Positions 16,318-25,368 of a stretch of 46,861 bases of DNA are shown piece after piece (the stretch's first letter is position 1; each line of letters starts with the position of its first letter). The stretch lies in NCBI GenBank assembly GCA_020723435.1, contig DYIV01000005.1, positions 1-46,861 on the forward strand, read 5' to 3'. The translations under genes were made by a program, and so were the position numbers. The notes under the pieces are model-generated. The model saw only the letters and a list, made by a program, of their open reading frames with translations. It made no database searches and had not been told where the DNA came from. Source of the stretch: Slackia heliotrinireducens. GTDB taxonomy: Bacteria; Actinomycetota; Aquicultoria; DYIV01.

Positions 16318-17638
16318 CTGGATAACGGCCGAGGCTCTCAATCGGGGGATCGAACCGCAGCTCAACATCATCAGCACACCCGGCTGGGCGAATAGCAATC
16401 GCGGCTGGCGGTACCCGCCTACCAACCCATCCGACATATCGGGCTTCGTCAACAAGCTGGTCTCGCGCTACAAGGGGCGCATTAGATACTTCGAGATATG
16501 GAACGAGCCGGACGCTTCGAGCTTCTGGCGCCCGGCCCCCGACGCCGCCGCCTACGTCCAGATGCTTCGGGCCGCCTACGTGGCGGCCAAGCAGGCAAAC
16601 CCGGACGCTCAGATCATCTCCGGCGGCCTGATGGGCAACGACACCGAGTATCTCCAGCAGATGTACGACGCCGGTGCCGGAGGCTACTTCGACTTGCTCG
16701 GGCTTCATCCATACACCGGCGCGCAGAGCCCGAACGAGCCGCCGGCGGAGTACAACACGCGCTGGAACTTCTACGGCATACCGTTGATGCGGGCGGTGAT
16801 GGACGCAAACGGAGACGCGGGCAAGAAGATCTGGGTCAGCGAGTTTGGCTGGCAGACGTCCGGGCACGGAGACGCCACCGTGAGTCTGGCTACTCAGGCG
16901 CGCTACGTCGGCGAAGCCTATGACCGCCTCTTCAGGGACTTCCCGTACATAGAGGCGATGTGTGTCTATGACTTCAGAAACGACGGCACCGATACGCGGA
17001 ACCCCGAGCACCACTTCGGTCTGCTCTACCACGGCTTCACGGCAAAACCCTCCTACTACACCTACGGCGGCTCATCTCTGGCGCTCTGGCCGAGAGGGCG
17101 CGTCTCGCTGACCCGGCCCGTTGTCCCCTACACATCGCGCAAGACACTTCTTCGACTGCGGCTTCCGGCCTCATGGGGAGAGTGCACCGTCACGATTCAA
17201 CGCCTGGTGGCCGGGAGCAGGTCATGGGAGACACTGCTCACGAGACGATCGCACGATGGGTACGTCAGCATGTATCGCTGGCCCACGTCCCGAAGGCTTT
17301 ACCGAGCATTGATTGACGGACATGACCCAACGCCGGCGACCAGAGTCCAGGTCCGCTCTGTGGCCACCATCGCCGCGTCGCGGAGCTGGGGGCGGCGGGT
17401 GCGATATGCGCGGGTGTCCGGCAGCGTGATCCACGCGCCGCGCACGACGGTCTGCCTGCGTCAAAGAGTCTCCGGCCGCTGGAAGACGGTACGACGGATA
17501 ACGACCGACGCCGGCGGCAGGTTCACCGCGCTTCTGCGCTTCTCGAGAAGCGGCAGATACTACTATCACGTTTGGTATCCGGGAAGCAGCAGGCTGATAG
17601 GCACGCGAAGCCGCAGCGTCCGCATCCTGGTCCGCTGA
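16316..17638 (+). CDS. Same glycoside hydrolase, C-terminal segment (frame +1) with catalytic NEP and SEFGW motifs plus two basic C-terminal modules
   Basis: In the +1 frame the domain continues seamlessly: (L)[18 protein letters not shown]..., YFEIWNEPD (acid/base), KIWVSEFGW (nucleophile). The GTG 16283 start in the track is not credible, because it would begin in mid-barrel with no signal peptide. Confidence 0.75.
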   Translation, partial: DWITAEALNRGIEPQLNIISTPGWANSNRGWRYPPTNPSDISGFVNKLVSRYKGRIRYFEIWNEPDASSFWRPAPDAAAYVQMLRAAYVAAKQANPDAQIISGGLMGNDTEYLQQMYDAGAGGYFDLLGLHPYTGAQSPNEPPAEYNTRWNFYGIPLMRAVMDANGDAGKKIWVSEFGWQTSGHGDATVSLATQARYVGEAYDRLFRDFPYIEAMCVYDFRNDGTDTRNPEHHFGLLYHGFTAKPSYYTYGGSSLALWPRGRVSLTRPVVPYTSRKTLLRLRLPASWGECTVTIQRLVAGSRSWETLLTRRSHDGYVSMYRWPTSRRLYRALIDGHDPTPATRVQVRSVATIAASRSWGRRVRYARVSGSVIHAPRTTVCLRQRVSGRWKTVRRITTDAGGRFTALLRFSRSGRYYYHVWYPGSSRLIGTRSRSVRILVR

Positions 17639-17667
17639 TCGCCTGGTCACAAAGGAGCCGTAGGAGC

Positions 17668-19002
17668 ATGGACTATCGAATGTCATGTCGCCTGCACGCA
17701 ATCGTCGCGGCGCTGCTCGCCGCCATCGTCGCGGCTTCACTGGTGGGCTGCTCTGGGACGGGTGGCGGCGGTGACTCCGGCACCGGCGGTGACGAAGGCG
17801 GTCGAGCCGTCGTGCCCGCCACGGACCTGTGGCTAATGCCCGGACACGACGCCGGTTGGACATTCCAGACGGCTGTCAAGCTGAGCCCCCCTCTGACTCA
17901 GGCGTGGACGAGCAAGCTCGGCGCCGGCTACGCCGATTCCCTCATCGTCGGGAACGGGACGCTCTACGCGCTCGTCGGCGAGCACGTGGCGGAGAGCGCA
18001 AGGCTCTTTGCGGTCGAGACGGCGACGCGCAAGATCCGTTGGCAGCGCAAGCTCCCCGTCGGCGAGATGTATACCTCCCTTACCGACAAGCACGTGCTCT
18101 TCTCCGTCGACCGCTTCAATGAAGCCACCAATCAATCACGTTCGACGCTGAGCGCCTTCGCGACCAGCAACGGCAAGGATGCCTGGACCTACTCCGCCAA
18201 CGGAAGCATCCGCAACCTGCTCGTCAACAACAACATCGCCTACATACAGGTCGACGCGGAGTCGGAGAGCTTCCTGGCCGGCATCGATATCGCGACGGGC
18301 AAGGAGCGGTGGCGGGCGCGAACCGACGCGAACGACCGCCTGGTTGCCGTGGCCGGTGACGTGCTGTACTCGATGGCATCCACCGCCGAGAACGACAGCA
18401 CGACGATCACCGCGCAGAGCCTTGGGAAAGACGGCGGGAAGCCCCAGAGGCGGCTGTGGAGCAAGAAGGCGCCGGGCGCGGGACTGCTCGCTTGCGACGG
18501 GCGCGTTGCCGTGGCCGCGATGGTGAGCCTGGAGGGCGCGGGCGAGAAGACGGACGTGTTCGCCTACGAGCCGCAATCCGGCAGGCTGCTATGGAAGACG
18601 GATATCCCGCTCCCGGCGTGGCAGCTGGCGATCGGCTCCGAGCGTGTCGTCGTCGGGGGAATCGCCGCCAACGGCGGCAGCCTGATCCATGCGTTCGACG
18701 AGCTCACCGGCAAGAAGACCTGGACCTACGCGGGCCCGGCCAAGCTGCCTGTCTTCGAGATGATCGTGGCTCCCAATGTGGTCTACGGCCTGGCCGGCAC
18801 CGAGGAAGAGTTCAATCACTTCAACGGCGTCCTCCTGGCCGTCGATGTCAAGACCGGCAAAGAGGTCTGGACGAAGAAGTTGGGCACGCTTGTCTCGCAC
18901 ATGGCGCCAGCCGAGGGCGCCTTGTACGTCACCGATTCTCCGGACGCGAAGGCCGCGGCGCAGGAGCCCGGAGGCGGCGTCAGGGTGCTCGCGTTCAAGT
19001 AG
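17668..19002 (+). CDS. PQQ-like (BamB/YxaL-type) beta-propeller lipoprotein
   Basis: ATG 17668 follows AGGAG. Lipobox ASLVG-C. There are repeated W-x-motif blades (RKIRWQRKLP, GKDAWTY, GKERWRAR, GRLLWKTDIP, GKKTWTY, GKEVWTKKL). Confidence 0.8.
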   Translation: MDYRMSCRLHAIVAALLAAIVAASLVGCSGTGGGGDSGTGGDEGGRAVVPATDLWLMPGHDAGWTFQTAVKLSPPLTQAWTSKLGAGYADSLIVGNGTLYALVGEHVAESARLFAVETATRKIRWQRKLPVGEMYTSLTDKHVLFSVDRFNEATNQSRSTLSAFATSNGKDAWTYSANGSIRNLLVNNNIAYIQVDAESESFLAGIDIATGKERWRARTDANDRLVAVAGDVLYSMASTAENDSTTITAQSLGKDGGKPQRRLWSKKAPGAGLLACDGRVAVAAMVSLEGAGEKTDVFAYEPQSGRLLWKTDIPLPAWQLAIGSERVVVGGIAANGGSLIHAFDELTGKKTWTYAGPAKLPVFEMIVAPNVVYGLAGTEEEFNHFNGVLLAVDVKTGKEVWTKKLGTLVSHMAPAEGALYVTDSPDAKAAAQEPGGGVRVLAFK

Positions 19003-19089
19003 CCGGCGCGTCTCCCGCGGACAGCACGGCTCGGTCCGTCCTTCACTGCGGAGACAGCCGGTTCGCGCCGAATCGACTACTATGGCCCC

Positions 19090-19629
19090 ATGCGAGAGTC
19101 CGTCGATACGCATATGATCCGACGACGACCGAGTGCGGCCGTCGCCAGCCAGGTAGGCAAGACCCTCACCTACGATCCCTCCTACGTCAGACTTCGCTAC
19201 CCAGGAGGCGACGTGCCTATCGATCGCGGGGTCTGCACCGACGTCCTCATCAGAGCCTTTCGCACTCTCGACATCGACCTTCAAGTGTTGGTTCACGAAG
19301 ATATGGATGCATCATTCAACAGCTATCCCAACCAGTGGGGCCTGTCCCGTCCCGATCCCAATATCGATCACCGCCGGGTACCGAATCTCGCCACGTTCTT
19401 TCGCCGGCGAGGCAAGACCGTGGCGATCACGCTCCGAGGCGCCGACTATCTGCCGGGCGACATCGTGACGTGGAAGCTGAGTAACGGGCGGCCGCACATA
19501 GGCATCGTCTCAAGGATTCGCGCCGAGAGCTCAGACCGGTTTCAGATCGTCCACAACATCGGAGTCGGCGCGCGGCTGGAGGACGCCTTGTTCGACTTTG
19601 AGATCACAGGCCACTATCGGTGCTTCTGA
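19090..19629 (+). CDS. DUF1287 domain protein
   Basis: YDPSYVRLRYPGGDVPIDRGVCTDVLIRAFR..DIDLQ.LVHEDM...PNIDHRRVPNL.TFF...GDIVTW......PHIGIV...VHNIG matches the DUF1287 consensus throughout. Confidence 0.85.
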   Translation: MRESVDTHMIRRRPSAAVASQVGKTLTYDPSYVRLRYPGGDVPIDRGVCTDVLIRAFRTLDIDLQVLVHEDMDASFNSYPNQWGLSRPDPNIDHRRVPNLATFFRRRGKTVAITLRGADYLPGDIVTWKLSNGRPHIGIVSRIRAESSDRFQIVHNIGVGARLEDALFDFEITGHYRCF

Positions 19630-20432
19630 TGGATGGAGACGTGGATCTGCGGGAGTATGGCAGCGGTGGTCCGCTTGTCATCGTCCTGCACGGCGGTCCC
19701 GGCGCGGCTGGTGAAGCCGCCGGATTGGCGAAGGGCCTCGCCGGCTCATTCCATGTGGTGGAGCCGTGGCAGCGGGGCAGCGGGGACGAGCCGCTGACGG
19801 TCGCGACACACGTGGCCGACCTGCATCGGCTGGTCCAGTCGAGCACCCAGGCTCGCCCGGCTCTTGTCGGCGAATCGTGGGGCGCAATGCTCGCACTCGC
19901 CTACGCCGCGGAGCACCCCGACAGCGCCGGCCCAATCGTTCTCGTCGGCAGCGGCACGTTCGACAAGGCGTCGCGCACGCGGATGGAGGCGACGCTGGAG
20001 GAGCGGACCGATGAGGAGACGCGTCGGGGCATCGAGTGCCTGGCTGACCGCTATCCCGATCCCGGCGAGCGGTTCGTCAAGATGCACGAGATGATGGAGC
20101 CGCTCTATGGGTTCGATCCGATCCCGAGCCGGGACCAACCGCCGTTCTTCGACTTCCGAGCCTACGAAGAGACCTGGTCGGACATGCTTCGGCTGCAGGA
20201 TGAGGGCGTCTGCCCGGCGGCGTTCTCAGCCATCACCTCGCCCGTTCTCATGCTTCACGGGACCTACGATCCTCACCCCGGGCGGATGATCCGCGACAGC
20301 CTTCTTTCGTATCTGCCCCAACTTCAGTATCGAGAGTTCGAGCGGTGCGGACATCAACCGTGGATGGAGAGAGCCGTGCGCGAGGAGTTCTTCGCGGCGC
20401 TAAAGGATTGGCTCAAGGATCACACAACGTAG
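19629..20432 (+). CDS. Alpha/beta-fold hydrolase (proline iminopeptidase-like)
   Basis: LVIVLHGGPG oxyanion region, nucleophile elbow GESWG and C-terminal CGH. ATG 19629 overlaps the upstream TGA (TGATG), suggesting translational coupling. Confidence 0.8.
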   Translation: MDGDVDLREYGSGGPLVIVLHGGPGAAGEAAGLAKGLAGSFHVVEPWQRGSGDEPLTVATHVADLHRLVQSSTQARPALVGESWGAMLALAYAAEHPDSAGPIVLVGSGTFDKASRTRMEATLEERTDEETRRGIECLADRYPDPGERFVKMHEMMEPLYGFDPIPSRDQPPFFDFRAYEETWSDMLRLQDEGVCPAAFSAITSPVLMLHGTYDPHPGRMIRDSLLSYLPQLQYREFERCGHQPWMERAVREEFFAALKDWLKDHTT

Positions 20433-20495
20433 CCCTCGGTCGCTTGGTCGAGGACTCGCCGCACGGACGTGGCGGCGTCGACCGTGCGTGCATGC

Positions 20496-22238
20496 CTACT
20501 TCGTCGAGACGGTGATCGTCACCGTCGAGCCCGCCGGGGCGCTCACGCCGACGTCGGGGTCCTGCTCGATCACACGACCGGGCGTGACCGTGCTCTTGAT
20601 GTAGACCCGCCGCACCGTGAATCCGGCTTTCCCCAGCGTGTTCGCCGCACTCGTCTGGTTCAGTCCGATGACGTTGGGCACGGCGACGTTGCCCGTGCCT
20701 CGGGAGATCACGATGCTCACACTGCTTCCCCGCGTGACGCTCACGCCGGGAGCGGGCCCCTGGCTGACAACGTGGCCCGACTGAACACTACTGCTGAATG
20801 CCCTGGTGATGACGGTCGACAGACCCGCGCCGCCAAGACTGGCGATGGCGTCCGCCTCCGCGGTGGCCAAGACGTTGGGAACGGTTACGTTGCCCGGGAC
20901 CGCCGGAGCCTCCGGACCACGAGAGACCACGATCTGCACCGGCGTATCGACGGGAACCTGGGTGCCCGCCGCCGGAGTCTGCTGCGCCACAAGCCCCGCC
21001 GAGACCCTGGCGTTGAATTGCTGCTGCACCCCGCCGAGAACCAGCTGCGCGGAGGTGATCGCCCTCATCGCGGCGGTCTGAGTCTGGCCGAGTAGATTGG
21101 GAACGCTGGCGCGCGCTACACCGGCAACGACGATATCCACCGTCGTGCCGCTACGCGCTCTCGCGCCCGGCGCGGGTGACTGGCTGATGATTGTCCCCTC
21201 GGTAACGCCGGCGGGCACCGGTTGCTGATACGAGAGCGTCCCAAGCCTGAGATCGGCGGCCAGCCGCTGCTGCGCCTGGGCCGGAGTCGCGTTGGCCAAG
21301 TCTGGAACGGGCGAGGTAGCCATGATCCACGACGTGAGCGCGACGGCGACTGCCAGGATCAGCGCGGCGCCCAGCCCTCCCAGTATCCACGGCCAGGTCC
21401 GTCCCTGGGGCTCCCGCGACGGCATCGCTGCCACAACGATCTCCGGTGCCAGAGCTCGCTGCAGGTCATCGCGCATCTCCAGGGCCGAAGCGTACCGCCG
21501 CTCCGGGTTCTTCGACATGGCTCGCGTGATCACGGCTTCCAGCGCCGGTGAGATCTGGGGATTCCTGCGCCTGGGCGCCAGCGCCTGGGTGTTGACGTGC
21601 TCGCGGGCGACTTCCCGCGCGGTCGCCGCGTCAAAGGGCGCGCGGCCGGTCGTCAGATAGTAGAGGACAACGCCGAGGGAGTAGGTGTCGGAGGCCGGGC
21701 CCACCTCCTGACCGCTCGCCTGCTCGGGACTGATGAATTGCGCCGCGTGGGGCGGCGCGGCATCCTCGGGCACGACGGCTCCGGGACGCGGGATGCCCAC
21801 GTCGATCAACTTGATCGTGCCTTCGCTGTTGAGTACGAGCGTCTCAGGGCGAACGTCCTTGTGCACGATGCCACGCGCGTGGAGCGCGGCCAGGGCCGAG
21901 CACGCGTCGACCGCGTAATGCGCCGCCTTTGCCGGAGGAATCGCCCCCTGCTGCCGCAGCGTCGAGAGGTTCATGCCGGGCACCCATTCCCTGACGACGT
22001 AGTAGTCGTCCTTGTGGGGCCCCCAGCCGAAGGTGCGCGCGACATTGCTGTGGACGATGCCTATCGCGGTCTCAACGTCTTGCTTGAATTGCTCCTCGAT
22101 GGCCTCGTCGGCGATGTGAACGATCTTGATCGCCACGTCGGCGCCGGCCTCGCCGATGCCCTCGTAGGTCTCGACGGGCCCTTCCACGTGAATGTCGTGC
22201 GTAGCCTGATATCTGTCGACGATGATCGGTTCTCTCAC
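20496..22238 (-). CDS. pknB: Ser/Thr protein kinase with four extracellular PASTA domains
   Basis: Hanks kinase motifs (VAIKIV, HKDVRPETLV, DVGI, SPEQA). One TM helix (WILGGLGAALILAVAVALTSWI). Then four ~65-aa PASTA repeats (VPNL.G......A...L....L). GTG start with GAGGTGA upstream. Confidence 0.9.
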   Translation of the reverse strand: MREPIIVDRYQATHDIHVEGPVETYEGIGEAGADVAIKIVHIADEAIEEQFKQDVETAIGIVHSNVARTFGWGPHKDDYYVVREWVPGMNLSTLRQQGAIPPAKAAHYAVDACSALAALHARGIVHKDVRPETLVLNSEGTIKLIDVGIPRPGAVVPEDAAPPHAAQFISPEQASGQEVGPASDTYSLGVVLYYLTTGRAPFDAATAREVAREHVNTQALAPRRRNPQISPALEAVITRAMSKNPERRYASALEMRDDLQRALAPEIVVAAMPSREPQGRTWPWILGGLGAALILAVAVALTSWIMATSPVPDLANATPAQAQQRLAADLRLGTLSYQQPVPAGVTEGTIISQSPAPGARARSGTTVDIVVAGVARASVPNLLGQTQTAAMRAITSAQLVLGGVQQQFNARVSAGLVAQQTPAAGTQVPVDTPVQIVVSRGPEAPAVPGNVTVPNVLATAEADAIASLGGAGLSTVITRAFSSSVQSGHVVSQGPAPGVSVTRGSSVSIVISRGTGNVAVPNVIGLNQTSAANTLGKAGFTVRRVYIKSTVTPGRVIEQDPDVGVSAPAGSTVTITVSTK

Positions 22239-22374
22239 TCCATATCACCTCGGTGAACCAGGAGTCGTCGGGCTACGTATACCCACCGGCCGTCGGGGCC
22301 ATGCGTGCGGGCGGTGAACGCCCAGCGTGGGCGCCGTATGACGGACTCGCTATGCCGCTCGGTTCCAGATTATC

Positions 22375-22800
22375 TCAGGCACGCCTGCGCGTCGAGCGCA
22401 CCTTCCAATTGAGGTACTCAACCAGGTGGCCGACGCCATAGGCGATGAGCATGTAGACGACGATCGCGAAGAGGGCCGAGATGTCCAAATACCCCGTCTC
22501 GCCGATCGCATGTGGCGGGAAGAGCCCGCGGAAGGGCGCGAGCGCGTCGCTCGTCGTCCGGAAGACAAACTGGGAGAACCCCACGGTCGGATTGGCCCCG
22601 AATGCCAGGAGCAGAATGCGGAAGAGGAGCATGACATCGATGAATATCACGTATGCGTACATCGCGTACGCCACAACCTTGCCGACGACCAGAAGCGAGA
22701 GCTCGGTTCGAGTGGCAAGCTGGTCCTGCGACGGCATCCGCTGGGGGACCGGCTGAGGTCCCGTCCTCTTCTGCGGTTCAGATTGCACTGGCTCGCTCAT
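22375..22800 (-). CDS. YggT-family small membrane protein
   Basis: Two TM helices flank FRILLLAFGANP...FSQFVFRTTSDALAPFRGLFP...G.LDISALFAIVVY, matching the YGGT repeat pattern. Strong RBS GGGAGGGA. Confidence 0.6.
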   Translation of the reverse strand: MSEPVQSEPQKRTGPQPVPQRMPSQDQLATRTELSLLVVGKVVAYAMYAYVIFIDVMLLFRILLLAFGANPTVGFSQFVFRTTSDALAPFRGLFPPHAIGETGYLDISALFAIVVYMLIAYGVGHLVEYLNWKVRSTRRRA

Positions 22801-23037
22801 GTGCGACTCCCTCCCTCTGATACGCCTGAACGCCTCCTACCCGTTTGCGCCCCGGGCGAAGCACCACTCGCCGGCCGGGCGCGGTGTCGCGCGCGTCATC
22901 CATCCGCACACATCTTCCCAGGCAGGCTGCGAAAAGTGGATGTTATCCGGCGTCGATGCGTGGGAAATAAAGGGCAACCGCCGCCAAGCCTGGGGCGGGT
23001 ACGACACACGTCGGTTCGAGAGAGGAGGTGACGTGAG

Positions 23038-23625
23038 ATGGCAGACATGGCCGTAGACATGCCCACGACGCACTATCTCGGTGTCCCATGGTGGGCGGTC
23101 CTGATCGAAGGCATTGCGGCAGTGATCATCGGCCTCCTGTTGTTCGCATCCCCGGGAGCCACCATGACCGTTCTGGTGCAGATCCTCGGATGGTATTGGC
23201 TGATCACCGGGATCATGGGGCTGGTGATGATGTTCGTTGACACGACTATGTGGGGATTGAAGCTCTTCGGCGGTCTTCTGGGCGTCTTCGCGGGCATTCT
23301 GATCATTCAGAATCCGCTATGGGCGACGATCCTGGCTCCGACGGTCTTCGTCTTCATTCTAGGCTTCGACGGAGTTCTCATCGGAGGCGTCGATCTCATC
23401 AAGGCCTTTCAGGGCGCGGGCTGGGGCATGGGCATCCTCGGCATCATGAGTATCCTCATCGGCCTGTACCTGATGTTCAATCCGTTTGGAGCCGCCATAG
23501 CCCTGCCGTGGGTCCTCGCGGTGCTGGCTCTGATCGGTGGGATTGCCGCCATCGCTATGTCCTTCCAGATGAAGAGTGCGGGCGAAGAGGCCATTAGTGG
23601 GCGCATGACGCCTCGGGCAGCCTAG
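23038..23625 (+). CDS. HdeD/DUF308 family membrane protein
   Basis: Six TM helices with the repeated DUF308 pattern (WWAVLIEGIAAVIIGLLLFASP.....LVQILGWYWLITGIMGLV). RBS AGAGGAGG. Confidence 0.8.
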   Translation: MADMAVDMPTTHYLGVPWWAVLIEGIAAVIIGLLLFASPGATMTVLVQILGWYWLITGIMGLVMMFVDTTMWGLKLFGGLLGVFAGILIIQNPLWATILAPTVFVFILGFDGVLIGGVDLIKAFQGAGWGMGILGIMSILIGLYLMFNPFGAAIALPWVLAVLALIGGIAAIAMSFQMKSAGEEAISGRMTPRAA

Positions 23626-23660
23626 CGCGGCGCGACAATCGGTTGAGAGTATCAAGCAGA

Positions 23661-23689
23661 TGAAAGCCCGCCGCAACGGCGGGCTTTCA
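23661..23689. terminator. Bidirectional hairpin terminator between convergent genes
   Basis: Perfect 12-bp stem TGAAAGCCCGCC / GGCGGGCTTTCA with a 5-nt loop, between the stop codons at 23625 (+) and 23706 (-). Confidence 0.6.
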
Positions 23690-23705
23690 TCATCCGCGGC
23701 AAGCC

Positions 23706-25031
23706 CTAGCGGCGATTGCGCGCCCGAGACCACCAGACGGCGCCGACGACCGCTCCAAGAACACCAAGCACGACGATGGCCAGAAGAGTCTTAGACAGCC
23801 CACCGCCGGCCGAATCCGCCGCGGCCTCCCCGTCACCGCCGATCGTCTTGGCCACGCTCGCCATGCTCGTGACCGGCACGGCGACCCCGGCTTTCTCCGC
23901 GAGTTCCTCAGGCGCCGAGCGATACTTCAGCGCCGCCTCGACCGTCACCGGCCCGCCGTCCGGGACCGCCAGTTCGTACTCCTGCGTCACCGACTCCTGC
24001 GGCGGGATCCTGTCGTCTTTGTAGATCGCCACAGCGTCCCACAGCTCAGCCGGGTAATTCCCCTTCTTGTCCTTCAGCACCGTCCCGAAGTCGCGACGCT
24101 CGGAGAGGATCTCTCGTCCACCGCTGTCGAGCGCCTTGACCTCGAGCCACATCTGACGGACCTCGGTCAAGCCGGTCGGCAGGTAGTGACCCGCCCCGAC
24201 GTTCGTGACTCTGACTTCGATCTTCGCCTTCTTGCCCACCTCAGCCGACCTCGGCACGTCGAGCTCGAGCTTGGCGGCCGCCTTCAGGTTCGCCTGAGCC
24301 GCCTTAGGATTGCCGAGGGCAACGTTGCCTCCGACGAAGGACATATCGTAGATATCCTCTCGCTTCGGCCCGCCCATCGCCGCCTGGCCCGGCCTTGGCT
24401 TCGACGGCCCCGGTCCGGGCGTCATGTGGCAATCCTGGCATACGATTCCTGCCTTGGCGTACGGACTGGCCTTCCACTCGGTGTAGGTGGCCTCCAAGTG
24501 CATCCCGTTGACCGGATGATCCACATTGTGGCACATACCGCAGAACTCCGCCCTGGTGTGATGCCGCGAGTACTCCGCCAGATGTATGAACGCCTCAGGG
24601 TCCTTGATCTGCGCCCGCTTCGTGCCGTCGGGGTTCACCACATACGACGCGTTGCCCAGCGGCACGCGCGTCCCCTGCACCTGATGGCAGAAGTCGCAGA
24701 AGACCCCCTGACGGGAAGCGGCGCTGATTTGCTCCAGCGCGCCGGGGTCCTCACCGCCCATCGTGGCGACAGGACCATGGCAGGAATCGCAGAATGGAGC
24801 GAGAGCGCCCTTCGTGGCGGCAATCGCGTCGGCTCGCTTCGCTCGGTAGATCGGGTCGCTCAGCGCCTTCGCATGCATCGTCGGCGTCCACTCGTCAATC
24901 ATCTCTTGATGGCACAGGCAGGCCATCGACGGCTTAAACTCGTTGGCCTGGATCTTTTGCAGTCCAAGCACGGGAGCGGCGGTGGCAAGAATCGTCCCGA
25001 GCACGGCAATGGCGACAAGTGGCTTCTTCAC
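23706..25031 (-). CDS. Exported multihaem c-type cytochrome with C-terminal TM anchor
   Basis: GTG 25031 follows AGGGGGA. Signal peptide KKPLVAIAVLGTILATAAPVLG. Four canonical CXXCH sites (CDSCH, CDFCH, CGMCH, CQDCH) plus an N-terminal ACLCH. C-terminal helix LLAIVVLGVLGAVVGAVWW followed by RARNRR. Confidence 0.85.
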   Translation of the reverse strand: MKKPLVAIAVLGTILATAAPVLGLQKIQANEFKPSMACLCHQEMIDEWTPTMHAKALSDPIYRAKRADAIAATKGALAPFCDSCHGPVATMGGEDPGALEQISAASRQGVFCDFCHQVQGTRVPLGNASYVVNPDGTKRAQIKDPEAFIHLAEYSRHHTRAEFCGMCHNVDHPVNGMHLEATYTEWKASPYAKAGIVCQDCHMTPGPGPSKPRPGQAAMGGPKREDIYDMSFVGGNVALGNPKAAQANLKAAAKLELDVPRSAEVGKKAKIEVRVTNVGAGHYLPTGLTEVRQMWLEVKALDSGGREILSERRDFGTVLKDKKGNYPAELWDAVAIYKDDRIPPQESVTQEYELAVPDGGPVTVEAALKYRSAPEELAEKAGVAVPVTSMASVAKTIGGDGEAAADSAGGGLSKTLLAIVVLGVLGAVVGAVWWSRARNRR

Positions 25032-25256
25032 GATGCTGGTCCCCCTTTGAAAGCACCTAGCTTGCTGAGGTCGGTACCCGCAACGCGGAACGTTCAAACG
25101 GTCTAGGCCAGGACGCATGCGCAAGGTGGGAGGCGGTCGGCCCGTTGCGGAGTCGCTTCGCGGTGGGCCGGGCCGACGGGAGGAGGCCGGGGGGACGCCC
25201 AGCGAACCCTATTGTATAATGTTCGCCGTGCGTGACCGGCACGAACCACATATGCC

Positions 25257-25346
25257 GGAGAGATGGCCGAGCGGCTGAAGGCACTCGCCTGCTAAGCGAG
25301 TAAGGGGTTAATCACTCCTTCGAGGGTTCGAATCCCTCTCTCTCCG
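25257..25346 (+). tRNA. tRNA-Ser (anticodon GCU)
   Basis: Acceptor GGAGAGA/TCTCTCC, anticodon arm CTCGC-CTGCTAA-GCGAG, long variable arm, T-arm GAGGG-TTCGAAT-CCCTC. A TATAAT hexamer lies at 25215-25220 upstream. Confidence 0.95.
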
Positions 25347-25368
25347 CCCGTGACCGCAGGGGGCTGCC

